Shown: positions 19,204-30,852, counted from the first letter of the stretch. The stretch: 57,313 nucleotides of DNA from an uncultured archaeon (GCA_964342815.1 CAYFHS010000025.1:1-57313), one strand, 5' to 3'. A program made the numbers and translations. The notes: generated from the sequence alone by a model not told the origin.

Positions 19204-20898
19204 CTATTCCAGACCATTATCAATGTAGGTCTCCTTAATCTCAGGAGCTTCTCCAAGGGGTGGAGCCGCCGGTGGTGGGACCTCCCCCTCAACGGATTCA
19301 ACAATACTGGTAGGTTCGGTCCCGGCATCGTCCATTCTCATACCGCAAGACATACAGAATACATCTTCATTCCTTATCATTGCATTGCATTTTGGACAAT
19401 GAATTTGAATGCTCTCGACATTTACTACCGGCCCCACGCTTGGTCCACCGCAGATCGGTTCTGAAATGTTCTCTTCGTCATCGTAGTATTCTTCGCCACT
19501 GTGCTCTTCATCCCCTTCCTCGTGGTCCCTATCCTCAACTTCGTATTCATCGTCTTCGTCCTCCTCATCACCCTCCTCCTTGTCTTCTTCATCATTATAG
19601 TCGTCCTCATCCTCGTCTTCTGTCTTATTGCCACAGGCTGTGCAGAACTTGTATGGTGGTAACATCTCAGCTCCACATTTAGAGCAGGTCCTCTCATCGT
19701 CCTCCTCCTCCTCATCTTCGTATTCATCGGCCTCTTCATCGTCCTCGCCCTCTTCCTCCTCCTTCTCTTTCTGCAATTCTTTTTTGACTTTTATTACGAG
19801 CATCTTATGGGTTAGAATTTTTATTTCGTAGGATTTTCGAAGCTGGGCAAGCAACCTTCTTTCATTCCATTCAACAGACCCACCTGCCAGCGCAACTCTC
19901 AATTGCTCTTTGTATATCTCAAGATCTCTCATTTTTTGGGCTTCCTCGGGATCCAGAGCTTTAACATCGGGAAACCATTTTTCAACCAATTTTTTTCCAA
20001 TCGCTTTTACTGGCATGGAGCTTAATATCACAACGCCGGCAGAGATGAATCCCGATAATTTCGTTTGTCCCACTACTTCTATCTTAACAAGATTCTCCAT
20101 CATTTTTTCTACAAGAAAAAAAACACCGGTCAGTGCAAATGTAACAAGCGAGTACTGGATGCTTCTTTTTACGATAAGGTCAATATCGAATAATCTCTCC
20201 TTTAGGATGCCATACGCAAGAATACTCATAGAAATTGGCATCATCAGAATAGCAGTGTTGAGCATAAGGTGAACACCTAAAACACCTTTGAAGAAATTAG
20301 TCATGATTCCACCGATTAACGGGAAGAAATAGGCCATCATGAAATAAGCACCTTGCCGCCGTAGTTCAAGGTCTTCTTTCTGTCTGAATATCCAGATACA
20401 ATTCACGAATGTTGCGATACCTATTAAAACAACCCAGCCCTGGAAGAAATCTCCCACCCATGTACCTGCCCTGGCGGGCAATATATGTCCATTGGGATGG
20501 CTCTCCTTGTTCTCGAAATCCGCATCCATTAAGGTGGGATTAATAATGATCATGAGGCTGACTAATAATGGTAAAAGGTAAACTACCATCACCTTCCAAT
20601 GCTTCCATATACTACCCTTGACCCGGTACATGTGTGAAAAATGATACAGGAAGGTCAAAGCCATTAGGTCGGCAATATAATAAAAATAGGCAAATTTGAG
20701 CCAAAGGTGCGCATCAGTGATACATACCATCAATGCTGCGGAAAAAGCTGTCAAACCTCCCAGAATGGAACCTATGGCGAATAAGACAACTATAGGGTCG
20801 CTTCGCTTCTTCTGGATAAGAAGAATGCTCAAACCGATCATGAAGGCACCGGATATGAAATACGCGATCGCCCAATTGGTGAATGCGAAGGTCGTCAT
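19204..20898 (-). CDS. Polytopic membrane protein: HisKA_7TM-like sensor region, D/E-rich tract, two zinc ribbons, no kinase domain
   Basis: About 9 hydrophobic helices, LFDIDLIVKRSIQY motif, acidic tracts, CSKC...CTAC and CPKC...CMSC; GGTGA RBS before ATG 20898. Confidence 0.75.
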   Translation of the reverse strand: MTTFAFTNWAIAYFISGAFMIGLSILLIQKKRSDPIVVLFAIGSILGGLTAFSAALMVCITDAHLWLKFAYFYYIADLMALTFLYHFSHMYRVKGSIWKHWKVMVVYLLPLLVSLMIIINPTLMDADFENKESHPNGHILPARAGTWVGDFFQGWVVLIGIATFVNCIWIFRQKEDLELRRQGAYFMMAYFFPLIGGIMTNFFKGVLGVHLMLNTAILMMPISMSILAYGILKERLFDIDLIVKRSIQYSLVTFALTGVFFLVEKMMENLVKIEVVGQTKLSGFISAGVVILSSMPVKAIGKKLVEKWFPDVKALDPEEAQKMRDLEIYKEQLRVALAGGSVEWNERRLLAQLRKSYEIKILTHKMLVIKVKKELQKEKEEEEGEDDEEADEYEDEEEEDDERTCSKCGAEMLPPYKFCTACGNKTEDEDEDDYNDEEDKEEGDEEDEDDEYEVEDRDHEEGDEEHSGEEYYDDEENISEPICGGPSVGPVVNVESIQIHCPKCNAMIRNEDVFCMSCGMRMDDAGTEPTSIVESVEGEVPPPAAPPLGEAPEIKETYIDNGLE

Positions 20899-21229
20899 GG
20901 TTCTTTCACCCAAAATGTCATTGTAAAAAGTGTGATGGGTGTAAAATCTATTTAAAAATATTATATTTACTTTTTACATAATGATATCCATACTGATTTT
21001 GGGTGATATCTCAACAAGATATGAAATTACCTTTTGAGATATTAACAAGAAAAGTTGTCCGAGGCAGCTGATAATTATACCACAATTCCCTGGTGACGTA
21101 TCCCCTCCAACTTGAAAAATGTCCTACCATCCTCAAGAAATACTTTCAAAGAACATTAAACAAATGTATAATCGGTCAAAATACAGAAAAAATCTAAATA
21201 GTAAAATCTTTGTTCATTCAAGTGATAAC

Positions 21230-24200
21230 ATGGAAATTAGGAGAAACATTGTATTGATATTATTCGCCACATTTCTGATGACAGTAACAAATTTTCCACA
21301 TTTTGTTTCTGATATTTCCTCCATTCAAGGAGTACCCGCTTCTGGACGTCGCGGTTCCTTAAGGGTGAACACAACCGGTTCGGGTGATTACACAGCCATC
21401 CAGGCTGCCATCGACAATTCCAGTACAGGTGACACTATTATTGTTGATCCGGGAACATATACCGAAAATATCACCATATCCAAGTCCCTTCAACTGGTGG
21501 GTTCCGGTCCGGATGCGACGGTGATCGAGGGAGAAGGAGCAAGTAATGTCGTGTTCATCAACGCTAGCTGGGTGAACGTTAGCGGTTTCAATATCAACAA
21601 CTCTGAAATGGGATTTGGCTGCTCGGGTTTGTACATTTATGACTCCAATAACTGCAAGGTTGACAACAATCTGTTTACGAATTGCTGGAACGGAATTCAC
21701 TCGGTTCATTCGGAGGGTAATACTTTCTCGAATAATACTTTTTTACAGATTCGAGCAAATGCGATCGGTCTGAATAATTCGAATTTCACCAATATTATTA
21801 ATAATACTTGCGAATCCGAGGAAGCTGAGGGGGCATATCTATTTGAGTCGCATTGGAATATCATCAGAGACAATATCTATGATAACAATGATTTTGGGAT
21901 CTATATTATTGGAACGAACAACTCGATATATAACAATTCATGTAATTCAAATTCAATGCAGGGCATCATACTTTTACGATCCGGGTTTAACCAGGTATAC
22001 AACAATACCTGCAATTGGAATTCTATGTACGGAATACTTATTTCAGAGTCAAATTTTAATTTAATATTCAGCAATATATGTGATGGAAATAGGGATTCGG
22101 GTATTTACGCCATATCCTCGGAATCCAACAGTATCTTCAACAACACCTGCGATGAAAATTGGGATGATGGAATCCATATCCGATATTCCCATAACAACGA
22201 GATTTTCAGCAATACCTGTAAAGATAATTGGTATCGAGGTATTTATCTCGACAATTCTTTTTCAAACTATATAAAGGATAATAACTGTTATTCGAATTCG
22301 TACGGAATTTATTTAATGGAATCTCGATATAATAACGTATTCAGTAATGAATGTGAATTTAATAATTATGGAATTCAAATCGATTATTCCTTATTAAATT
22401 CTGTAATCAACAACAGTTGTGAATCAAATAATGATGGTATAAATATTTTAAACTCCGAATCCAATAATATCACAGGAAATATATGTTATGATAATAATGC
22501 AGATGGGATTGAAATTTCTTCCTCAAGTTCTAACTACGTATCTGATAATATATGCGAGTCAAATTATTATAGTGGTATTCGCATATATAGATCGGACCTC
22601 AATCTCTTGATAAATAACACATGTATCCTGAATCGATACGATGGTCTATCTCTTTATAATTCTAATGAAAATATTATAGTGAACAACACCAGTAAAAACA
22701 ATTTCGGAGAAGGCGTTCACCTTGATGAATCCGATTCCAATGAGATATTGAACAATAACTTTAATTCAAATCGCCGAGGAATCTACCTTTATAATTCCGA
22801 TAATAACGAAATATTCAACAATGGATGCGATTATAATTCTAGGGATGGAATATACATCTCCTTTTCTCATTCCAACGAACTATTCAACAATACATTCACC
22901 GAAAATCAACGTGAAGGTATTTCTATCTCTAATTCGGACTGGAACTCCATCGAGAACAATACCTGTGATCTAAACACATGGAATGGATTATCCTTGTATT
23001 ATTCCGATAATAATAATTTATCTAAGAATAACTGTTCATTCAATGAAGATGATGGTATAATTCTATATAGTTCTCAACAAAACAATGTTCGGAATAACAG
23101 TATTAGTTCGAATAATAATGGAATCGTGCTCAGTCATTCTTCATCAACTAATTTAACTGAAAATACTTGCCGGTACAACAGAGAGGATGGGATAAAAATT
23201 TCTTCATCTCATCGGAACTATGTACGGAATAACAGTATCAATTCAAATAATAATGGTATCCTCCTTCGCTTTTCGTATTGGAACGTTGTAACCGGAAATA
23301 TCTGTATGAACGTCAATACAGGTATATACTTATATTTATCTGATGACAACATAATCTCGGGTATCAAGAGTGAAAATAATGTTTACGGTATCAAGCTTTA
23401 CGGTGCCTTTAGCAATCTGTTGTCCGATTCTATATTTTCTTTGAATAAAAGAGATGGCATATATATTGAGGAATCCAACAATAATATTATACTAAATAAT
23501 ACAATTTTATCGAACAATGGAAATGGTACTACACTGAACCAATCCTATAATAATATAATTTATAACTGTCAATTTGAGGATAATTACAACGGTATCTCTA
23601 ATTCAGAGGGTTGGAAAAACGATTTTTCTAATAATGATATTATTGACGGTAAAGGATCCGGTATTGCTCTGTTTTACTCACAAAATACGATTATCACATA
23701 TAATTCAATTTCTGACAATTCGGAATGTGGCATATACCTTACCGGATCGATCAACAACACCATCCACCATAACGACCTCATTCACAGCCAGCACCAGGTA
23801 TCCCTTGCCTATGACGATGGATGGAACAACTCCTGGGATGACGGCACAGAAGGTAATTACTGGTCCAATTATCTTTTCCACAACTATAATGCGGGAACAT
23901 ACGGCAAGATATGGGATATTCCTTATCAAATAGAAGGTAATTCCAGCCAGGATAATTGTTCGCTGCGTTTCCCTGTAGACCGGTATCTCGAGATCCCCAT
24001 CGCCTGCGCCGGACCTGATATGACCATTGATCAGTTCGATAAGTTCGTTTTCAACAGTACTCTCAGTTTTGATCACATAGGTATCGAAAACTTTTCATGG
24101 TCCTTCCGTTATGATGATCGCGAAGTGAAGATATTTGGCCCCTCTCCTTCGTTCGGTTTCAATATTATGGGTGTATATGAAATTCTATTGACTGTAAATA

Positions 24201-25804
24201 ATTCACGGGGAGAAACGGATGATGACACTTTTTTCATTACCGTTCTGGACAGGGAACCACCATGGATAGGTGTTTACGAGAATATTACGATAGATCAACA
24301 TGAATCCGCTGTCTTCAATGCCGGTAATTGCTCCGATAACCGCGGTATCGTTAACATTACATGGATGGTGGAATATCTTGACTTAAAATATTTTCGGTAT
24401 GGTATGACCAGCAATTTCACCTTCCCCGAAGCTGGATTCTACCCGGTAACGATCCTCCTCAATGATTCACGAAATAATACGAATCAGAGTACATTCTATG
24501 TCCAGGTAAGGGACATTACACCCCCGCTTGCTGTGGGGGGTGGAGATCAGACCGTGGACCAGTATGAAAGATTCTATTTGGATGCTTCCTGGAGCGAGGA
24601 TAACGTTGGAATCTTGCGTCATACATGGACATTTTACTACAATGAAAAGAACTGGACCTGCGGTGGATCGCAAATGGATTTTACTTTTTACGAAGCGGGC
24701 AAATATATCATCGTCCTGAATGTAAGCGATGAAGCTGGTAACTGGGCGATAGATCTGGTAACAATTACCGTTTTGGATGTCGAGGCCCCACTAGCAGACG
24801 CCGGAGGGAATCTTACTGCAAAGGTCGGAGTAGAAATGAAATTCAATGGAACAGCAAGCTTGGATAACGTTGGAATCCATAATTACAGCTGGAGCTTTCC
24901 CTTTCTTGGAGCCCAGATGGTATTGTACGGACCTGCACCGGAATACACCTTTACTGACCCGGGAATGTATCAGATCAAACTTAATGTAACCGATAAAGCC
25001 GGAAACAGCAATTTCGATACCATTTTTGTTTTCGTAGAGATTGATAACGATGATCAAGAAATACCTGAAGAAGAGGAACCTGATAAAAATGAAAAAACGG
25101 ATAAGGATAGCATCAGTTTCTACATATGCTCCGGAATACTAATAGCTTCGATCTTGGTGGTGGTTTTAAATGGCCTGTATAAAAAGAAAAAATTACGAAA
25201 TCCTCAGGGGAAAGCGGAAGAAGTGAATGTTAGTGGAATGATCGATGATATTTCTGATTCATTTTTCAAGAAAAGAGAAGACGAGGACTACGATTATTGT
25301 CTGCCAAAAGTGGTATTAAGGAAAAAGGAAGCTGAACCCACCAGGGTGCCCAGGGCCAAACAGCCTGAAAAGAAAAAAGTAATGGTAAAGGTTGTACGGA
25401 AAAAGAAAATAGAAAAGGAGACACGAGGACCCGATACATCTGATATGGAAGTTATGGAAGTCGAACCGTTAGATCTGACAGATGAGTATGGAGCTTTCAA
25501 TGGAGATGAGAATTCTGAACTAAAGGCTGAGGAGCATAAGAAAGAACAAAAGGAGATACATGGTGGCGATATATATTCGGAATCAAAAGATGAAGATCAT
25601 GGAACTGATGAGAAAGAAAAAGATATTGATGCGGACTCAGCTGAAACAGAATTTGAAGAAGAGATGGATGAAGAAGAGAAATCAATTGAGGAGTTCATGA
25701 TCTCAATAAAGGCCGAGATCGAAGCTTTGGAAGCAGGAGATGATTTTAAGGATGGGTTTTTGCAGGGTTACGAAAGAGCGTTGGAAGAATTAAGAGGTGA
25801 TTAA
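21230..25804 (+). CDS. Large surface protein: parallel beta-helix (NosD/CASH-like) repeats, 4 PKD domains, TM anchor, acidic tail
   Basis: Dozens of GIxLxxSxxNxIxNNxxxxN repeats, DxxxPxAxAGxD-type PKD starts, TM before KKKK, charged C-terminus; ATG 21230 precedes a signal peptide. Confidence 0.88.
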   Translation: MEIRRNIVLILFATFLMTVTNFPHFVSDISSIQGVPASGRRGSLRVNTTGSGDYTAIQAAIDNSSTGDTIIVDPGTYTENITISKSLQLVGSGPDATVIEGEGASNVVFINASWVNVSGFNINNSEMGFGCSGLYIYDSNNCKVDNNLFTNCWNGIHSVHSEGNTFSNNTFLQIRANAIGLNNSNFTNIINNTCESEEAEGAYLFESHWNIIRDNIYDNNDFGIYIIGTNNSIYNNSCNSNSMQGIILLRSGFNQVYNNTCNWNSMYGILISESNFNLIFSNICDGNRDSGIYAISSESNSIFNNTCDENWDDGIHIRYSHNNEIFSNTCKDNWYRGIYLDNSFSNYIKDNNCYSNSYGIYLMESRYNNVFSNECEFNNYGIQIDYSLLNSVINNSCESNNDGINILNSESNNITGNICYDNNADGIEISSSSSNYVSDNICESNYYSGIRIYRSDLNLLINNTCILNRYDGLSLYNSNENIIVNNTSKNNFGEGVHLDESDSNEILNNNFNSNRRGIYLYNSDNNEIFNNGCDYNSRDGIYISFSHSNELFNNTFTENQREGISISNSDWNSIENNTCDLNTWNGLSLYYSDNNNLSKNNCSFNEDDGIILYSSQQNNVRNNSISSNNNGIVLSHSSSTNLTENTCRYNREDGIKISSSHRNYVRNNSINSNNNGILLRFSYWNVVTGNICMNVNTGIYLYLSDDNIISGIKSENNVYGIKLYGAFSNLLSDSIFSLNKRDGIYIEESNNNIILNNTILSNNGNGTTLNQSYNNIIYNCQFEDNYNGISNSEGWKNDFSNNDIIDGKGSGIALFYSQNTIITYNSISDNSECGIYLTGSINNTIHHNDLIHSQHQVSLAYDDGWNNSWDDGTEGNYWSNYLFHNYNAGTYGKIWDIPYQIEGNSSQDNCSLRFPVDRYLEIPIACAGPDMTIDQFDKFVFNSTLSFDHIGIENFSWSFRYDDREVKIFGPSPSFGFNIMGVYEILLTVNNSRGETDDDTFFITVLDREPPWIGVYENITIDQHESAVFNAGNCSDNRGIVNITWMVEYLDLKYFRYGMTSNFTFPEAGFYPVTILLNDSRNNTNQSTFYVQVRDITPPLAVGGGDQTVDQYERFYLDASWSEDNVGILRHTWTFYYNEKNWTCGGSQMDFTFYEAGKYIIVLNVSDEAGNWAIDLVTITVLDVEAPLADAGGNLTAKVGVEMKFNGTASLDNVGIHNYSWSFPFLGAQMVLYGPAPEYTFTDPGMYQIKLNVTDKAGNSNFDTIFVFVEIDNDDQEIPEEEEPDKNEKTDKDSISFYICSGILIASILVVVLNGLYKKKKLRNPQGKAEEVNVSGMIDDISDSFFKKREDEDYDYCLPKVVLRKKEAEPTRVPRAKQPEKKKVMVKVVRKKKIEKETRGPDTSDMEVMEVEPLDLTDEYGAFNGDENSELKAEEHKKEQKEIHGGDIYSESKDEDHGTDEKEKDIDADSAETEFEEEMDEEEKSIEEFMISIKAEIEALEAGDDFKDGFLQGYERALEELRGD

Positions 25805-25897
25805 CCTCTTTTCAATTACTCTATTTGCAACCAATGAAGAACATCACATCTATTTTTTAACAGGTAAAATATAAATAAGCTGCAATATGTTCTAACT

Positions 25898-27007
25898 ATG
25901 GGAAAAATGAAAACCATCAAGACATCATGTCCTCTTTGTGATGAAGAAATTAATACCTTAACTCCAGACGGTAAGGATACCGGACGTTTTTTTATTTGCT
26001 GTCCCAGATGTAAGAGAGACGTATGTCTTACTCTCAGCAGGGATAATCCTAGAAAGCAAAAGGGAATGTCCCAATCTCTGGTAGTTGTGGAGGAGGAAAC
26101 GGGGATCACGGGGGACAGGAGGGAAGATATTCATTGGATTGGGGAAAGAGAAACAGGTGGAAAATCAGTTATATTTTTCCGTGGAAAGAAGAAAAATAAA
26201 ACCTTAGATCTCATGGATAATGGTGTGGATTGCTCACCATTGATTATGGAGATGGAAGGAACGGATGCTGGACGAAATGGTAATAAAATAATATTCCCTA
26301 AAAAAAAGAATCCCCCTGGCATATATGAAGATAGCTTCGCGAGTGAGAAAAAGAGCAAACGCGGAAAGCCAATCCGTCCCGAAAAAAGGGAAAAAACCAG
26401 AAATAGATCCAGGCAAGCATCCATGGGTCTCTTTTTTATCACATTTGTTCTCGGGATACTTTTTTTTGTGTCCCTTCCCTTATACCCGTCAGTGGAGACT
26501 GATACCAATGAAAACTCCGCCGGGGCAAATATAGACATCATGGGTAGGGTTTTCAGCGGTGTGAATGAGGGAAGTGTAGTTTCCGAAGCAGAAGTGACGA
26601 TTGATGAACTTAAAAGGAAAACATCAACCAACCCTGAAGGTTATTTTTTCTTCGAAGATTTACCCGAGGGAACCTATACCGTCACTGCCCGTAAAAAAGG
26701 ATTAGGCTCGGCAACATCTAAAAGTTACGGGCCCATCATAAATCTGCAATTGAGTTCCGACTCGAATTCCCCGAATCGGGAAATAACCTTTTCAGAGTCT
26801 AGAGAAAAGAGTACCAACTCCTATTACGCCATGACCCTCATTGCCTCTTTCAGCTCTCTCGCAGCAGTAATCGCATTACAGTTATCAAAGAAATTTTACC
26901 CCCCTATGATTTTGGGGATCATCGGTATCGCTTCAATAGGCTTCGCTATCGGTTCCATTTGTGCTTTGGGTGGAGTCGTGTTGTTTATCTATTCAAAAAT
27001 CGAATGA
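25898..27007 (+). CDS. Membrane protein with N-terminal zinc ribbon and carboxypeptidase-regulatory-like domain
   Basis: CPLC...CPRC, TM helix, GRV...AEVTI...TNPEGYFFFEDLPEGTYTVTARKKG, C-terminal TM helices. Confidence 0.75.
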   Translation: MGKMKTIKTSCPLCDEEINTLTPDGKDTGRFFICCPRCKRDVCLTLSRDNPRKQKGMSQSLVVVEEETGITGDRREDIHWIGERETGGKSVIFFRGKKKNKTLDLMDNGVDCSPLIMEMEGTDAGRNGNKIIFPKKKNPPGIYEDSFASEKKSKRGKPIRPEKREKTRNRSRQASMGLFFITFVLGILFFVSLPLYPSVETDTNENSAGANIDIMGRVFSGVNEGSVVSEAEVTIDELKRKTSTNPEGYFFFEDLPEGTYTVTARKKGLGSATSKSYGPIINLQLSSDSNSPNREITFSESREKSTNSYYAMTLIASFSSLAAVIALQLSKKFYPPMILGIIGIASIGFAIGSICALGGVVLFIYSKIE

Positions 27008-27156
27008 TTATCTTTTAATTAATTGTGCGCTTTGGGTTGGTAATAGAGTAAATATTTCCGAATGAGAGTGATACATGGGATATATTAAATAACATAAATA
27101 TGAATCACTTTGCCTGCTGAAGATGACCGGCTCACAACCAATAATGCGGTGACATA

Positions 27157-28398
27157 ATGAGTAAACAGTTCTTCACTCTTGATGACTTTCCCATGGAAGG
27201 TAAGACCGTGCTTATGAGGGTGGACGTAAATTCCACCATTGATATGAGAGAGAACAAGATCATAGGCCGGGAACGGTTCAGACAATTGCTGCCCAGCATC
27301 AACAACCTTAGTGGAAGTAGATTGGTCCTTTTAGCCCACCAATCCCGAGCTGGCAACCCTGATTGTATTAAACTCGGTCTCCACAGGCAGGTATTGGAGG
27401 AGGTTCTCGAAAGAAAAGTGAAATATGTCGAGGACCTGATAGGATCCGAAGCGAGAAAGGCAATATTGGATCTGGAAAACGGTCAGATACTTCTGCTCGA
27501 AAATACCCGACTTTTCTCTGAAGAGATTGCATACAGCAATAGACCTTCCCGTCTCACAAAGGACACATACATTGTGAAGAATTTGAGCCCCCTTTGCGAT
27601 TATTTCGTCTTTGATGCCTTTGCTGCAGCACATCGAAGTCAGCCATCCTTGAACGGATTCACAGAGGTCTTACCTTCGATTGTCGGTCGGTTGATGGAAA
27701 AGGAAATTGCGGCCCTTGACAGTATAATTACCGGAGAGAGAAAACCCATGGCAGTTGTCCTCGGAGGGGTCAAGGTGGACGATTCCGTATCCATCGCCAG
27801 TAATCTTTTATCATCCCAAAAGGCGGATAAGCTCATAGTTACAGGACTGGTCGCAAATGTATTTCTGATGGCCAACAAGATAGAATTGGGTAAGCGAAAC
27901 ACGGGAATGCTGAGATCGCGTGTAAAGGACTTGGACAAGTACGTGGAGATGGCGAAGAATCTGATATACAAATACCCTTACAAAATATTCATGCCCGATG
28001 ATGTGGCAGTCGATAACAACGGGGAACGGGAAGAGATTTTCATTGATATGCTTCCCACGGAGAAACTCATCAAAGACCTTGGCCGCAATACAATCGAATT
28101 CTTCTGTGATGAGATTCTGGGTTGTGAATCGGTAATGCTCAACGGTCCTGCCGGAGTATTTGAACAGGATGACTTTTCATTTGGGACCCGGGCGATATTC
28201 GAGGCTGCCTGCAGCGACAATTTATATACCGTAATGGGTGGGGGGGAGACAACCACCGTTATTGATCAGTTCGGCCTGCGGGAGAATATCGAGCATATCT
28301 CCACGGGCGGCGGAGCGGCGATCACCTATCTTGCTGGCCGCGCGATGCCGGTCATAGAAAGCCTGAAAGCAAATAAAAAGCAGTTCAGGTTGGATTGA
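27157..28398 (+). CDS. pgk: Phosphoglycerate kinase (archaeal type)
   Basis: VLMRVDVNS, LLAHQSR, LLENTR, DAFAAAHR, LGGVKVDD, NGPAGVFE, ISTGGGA. Confidence 0.95.
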   Translation: MSKQFFTLDDFPMEGKTVLMRVDVNSTIDMRENKIIGRERFRQLLPSINNLSGSRLVLLAHQSRAGNPDCIKLGLHRQVLEEVLERKVKYVEDLIGSEARKAILDLENGQILLLENTRLFSEEIAYSNRPSRLTKDTYIVKNLSPLCDYFVFDAFAAAHRSQPSLNGFTEVLPSIVGRLMEKEIAALDSIITGERKPMAVVLGGVKVDDSVSIASNLLSSQKADKLIVTGLVANVFLMANKIELGKRNTGMLRSRVKDLDKYVEMAKNLIYKYPYKIFMPDDVAVDNNGEREEIFIDMLPTEKLIKDLGRNTIEFFCDEILGCESVMLNGPAGVFEQDDFSFGTRAIFEAACSDNLYTVMGGGETTTVIDQFGLRENIEHISTGGGAAITYLAGRAMPVIESLKANKKQFRLD

Positions 28399-28464
28399 CA
28401 AAGACCAACTGTGCGGCAACCTTTATATAGAAGTTTAAACATACGTCGCGCCGAGGTGTATATC

Positions 28465-30099
28465 ATGATGGGTGGACAACCTATTATTCTACTAAAAGAA
28501 GGAACAAGACGAGAAACGGGGCGAAATGCCCAGAGCAATAATATTCAAGCGGCAAAGGCTGTAGCCGATGCCGTCCGGTCCACACTTGGACCAAAAGGGA
28601 TGGACAAGATGCTGGTGGATTCCATGGGGGACGTGGTCATCACCAACGACGGTGTGACAATTCTCAAGGAGATCGACGTGGAACACCCAGCAGCCAAGAT
28701 GATGATCGAAGTGGCTAAAACACTGGACGGAGAATGTGGTGACGGTACCACTACCGCCGTTGTAGTGGGCGGTGAATTATTGAAAAGAGCCGAGAACCTC
28801 ATCGAACAGAACGTTCATCCGACTTTAATTACCATAGGTTACAGAATGGCCTCCGATAAGGCTATCGAAATACTGAATAATATCGCAGTGACGGTGGACC
28901 GGAAGGATAAGGAGACGCTGCTGGATCTGGCGAAGACCGCAATGACCGGGAAGAATGCAGAGGTCGTCAAAGACCATTTAGCTGACATCGCAGCGGAAGC
29001 GGTCATAAAAATATCCCTGGTCGAAGACGATTACGTCGAAGCGGACCTAGACAATATCAAGATCGAAAAGAAACAGGGCGCGTCAGCAAAGGAAACTAAA
29101 CTTATTGATGGAATAATCATCGACAAGGAAAGAGTACATTCCGGAATGCCCCGAAAAGTGAAGAACGCGAAAGTAGCACTCATAAACTCTGCCTTCGAAG
29201 TTAAGAAAACAGAGGTGGACGCGAAAATTTCCATACGGGATCCCCATCAGCTCCAGGAATTCCTGGCCCAGGAAGAGATGGTTTTGAAAAAGTTCGTAAA
29301 AACGGTGAAGGACAGTGGGGCAAACGTGATAATATGCCAGAAAGGGATCGATGACCTGGCCCAGCATTATCTGGCCAAAGAGGGAATATTTGCCATAAGG
29401 CGTTCTAAGAAATCGGATATGGAAAAACTCTCAAAGGCCACCGGGGCCCGCATTGTGACCAATATTAACGATCTGAAAGTTGAAGATCTTGGCAGTGCCG
29501 CAGTGGTTGATGAACGGAAAATATCGGATGATAGAATGACCTTCGTCACAGGTTGTGTGAACCCCAAGGCAGTATCGATCCTCGTGAGAGGTGCCACAGA
29601 ACATGTTGTGGACGAGCTGCAACGCGCTCTCGATGATGCTCTTGGCGTTATCTCGACAGCGGTCAAGGAAGGGAAGATCACCGCGGGAGGCGGCTCGGCG
29701 GCGGTGGAGATATCTAGAGGATTGAAGGATTATGCTTCCACTGTAGGGGGCCGTGAACAGATGGCCATCGAGGAATTTGCAAATGCCATCGAAGTCGTTC
29801 CGAGAACACTTGCGGAGAATGCGGGACTCGATCCGATAAACACCCTTATAAATCTAAGAAAAGCCCACAAGGACGGCGATAAATATGCCGGGCTCAATGT
29901 GGATACCGGTGAAATTATTAATATGCTCGATAACAAGGTAATCGAACCTTTGAAAGTAGGTTCGCAGGTGATCTCTTCTGCAACGGAAGCTGCAGTCATG
30001 ATACTGAGAATCGACGATGTGATCGCAGCAAGAGAAATGTCCGGACCTCCTCCTGGTGTCGGAGGCGGAATGGGTGGAATGCCGCCGGGTATGATGTGA
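28465..30099 (+). CDS. ths: Thermosome (group II chaperonin) subunit
   Basis: [33 protein letters not shown]-rich C-terminus; GAGGTG RBS before ATG 28465. Confidence 0.97.
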   Translation: MMGGQPIILLKEGTRRETGRNAQSNNIQAAKAVADAVRSTLGPKGMDKMLVDSMGDVVITNDGVTILKEIDVEHPAAKMMIEVAKTLDGECGDGTTTAVVVGGELLKRAENLIEQNVHPTLITIGYRMASDKAIEILNNIAVTVDRKDKETLLDLAKTAMTGKNAEVVKDHLADIAAEAVIKISLVEDDYVEADLDNIKIEKKQGASAKETKLIDGIIIDKERVHSGMPRKVKNAKVALINSAFEVKKTEVDAKISIRDPHQLQEFLAQEEMVLKKFVKTVKDSGANVIICQKGIDDLAQHYLAKEGIFAIRRSKKSDMEKLSKATGARIVTNINDLKVEDLGSAAVVDERKISDDRMTFVTGCVNPKAVSILVRGATEHVVDELQRALDDALGVISTAVKEGKITAGGGSAAVEISRGLKDYASTVGGREQMAIEEFANAIEVVPRTLAENAGLDPINTLINLRKAHKDGDKYAGLNVDTGEIINMLDNKVIEPLKVGSQVISSATEAAVMILRIDDVIAAREMSGPPPGVGGGMGGMPPGMM

Positions 30100-30138
30100 T
30101 TTTTTTTTAATTATATAGGGGGGATTATTCCCCCTTTT
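30100..30138 (+). terminator. Oligo-T tract plus hairpin after thermosome gene
   Basis: T9 at 30100-30108, then GGGGGA-ttat-TCCCCC followed by TTTT. Confidence 0.55.
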
Positions 30139-30240
30139 ATTATTATTTTTAATTTAAATAGTTGATATTTTTTCATCACAGATCAAAAGGTCTGGACAAT
30201 TCGGATTAAATTAATATATATAAAATCCAATTCAAGCTTC

Positions 30241-30852
30241 ATGATCATCGATCTCACAATGCTCATAGACGACCGGACGCCCTCGTTCCCCGGAGAAATA
30301 CCGCAAAAGATAGAACAGGTCGCAACCATCGAAAAAAATGGTTGGAACGTAAAACGGCTGTGCTTCAATTCCCATTTTTCAACACATATTGACGCGCCGG
30401 TGCATATGATCGAGGGAGGTAAAACCCTTTCGGATTTTCCCCTGGAGAAATTCATCGGCGAGGCCGTGGTTATTGATGTAAGGGGACTGCGGGAGATAGA
30501 GGCCGATCTAACCGTGGTCCGGAAAGGAGATATAGTTTTTTTTCTTACGGGGCATAGTAAAAAGGCGTACAATGACGATTATTATGAGAACAATCCGGTG
30601 ATAACTGAGCGGACCGCAAAAGGATTGGTTGAAAAGGAGATCAATATTGTCGGTCTCGATTCGTTCACCCCCGATAATGAACCTTATCTCATCCACAAAA
30701 TGTTCCTGCGAGCCGATATCCCCATCGTCGAAAATCTTGTTAACCTCGGAAAGCTGGCCGGAAAGAGATTCCGCTGCATTGTCCTGCCCCTGAACCTAAG
30801 AGATGGGGACGGTGCGCCGTGCAGGGTTGCAGGGATCGTGGATGAGCCGTAA
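30241..30852 (+). CDS. Cyclase-family metal-dependent hydrolase (kynurenine formamidase-like)
   Basis: IDLT...PSFPG, HFSTHIDAPVH, IVENLVNL, DGAPCRV. Confidence 0.9.
   Translation: MIIDLTMLIDDRTPSFPGEIPQKIEQVATIEKNGWNVKRLCFNSHFSTHIDAPVHMIEGGKTLSDFPLEKFIGEAVVIDVRGLREIEADLTVVRKGDIVFFLTGHSKKAYNDDYYENNPVITERTAKGLVEKEINIVGLDSFTPDNEPYLIHKMFLRADIPIVENLVNLGKLAGKRFRCIVLPLNLRDGDGAPCRVAGIVDEP

Noticed and set aside
21230-25804. NosD of a nitrous-oxide reductase cluster
   Set aside because: No nosZ/F/Y/L genes; these beta-helix repeats are generic in archaeal surface proteins.
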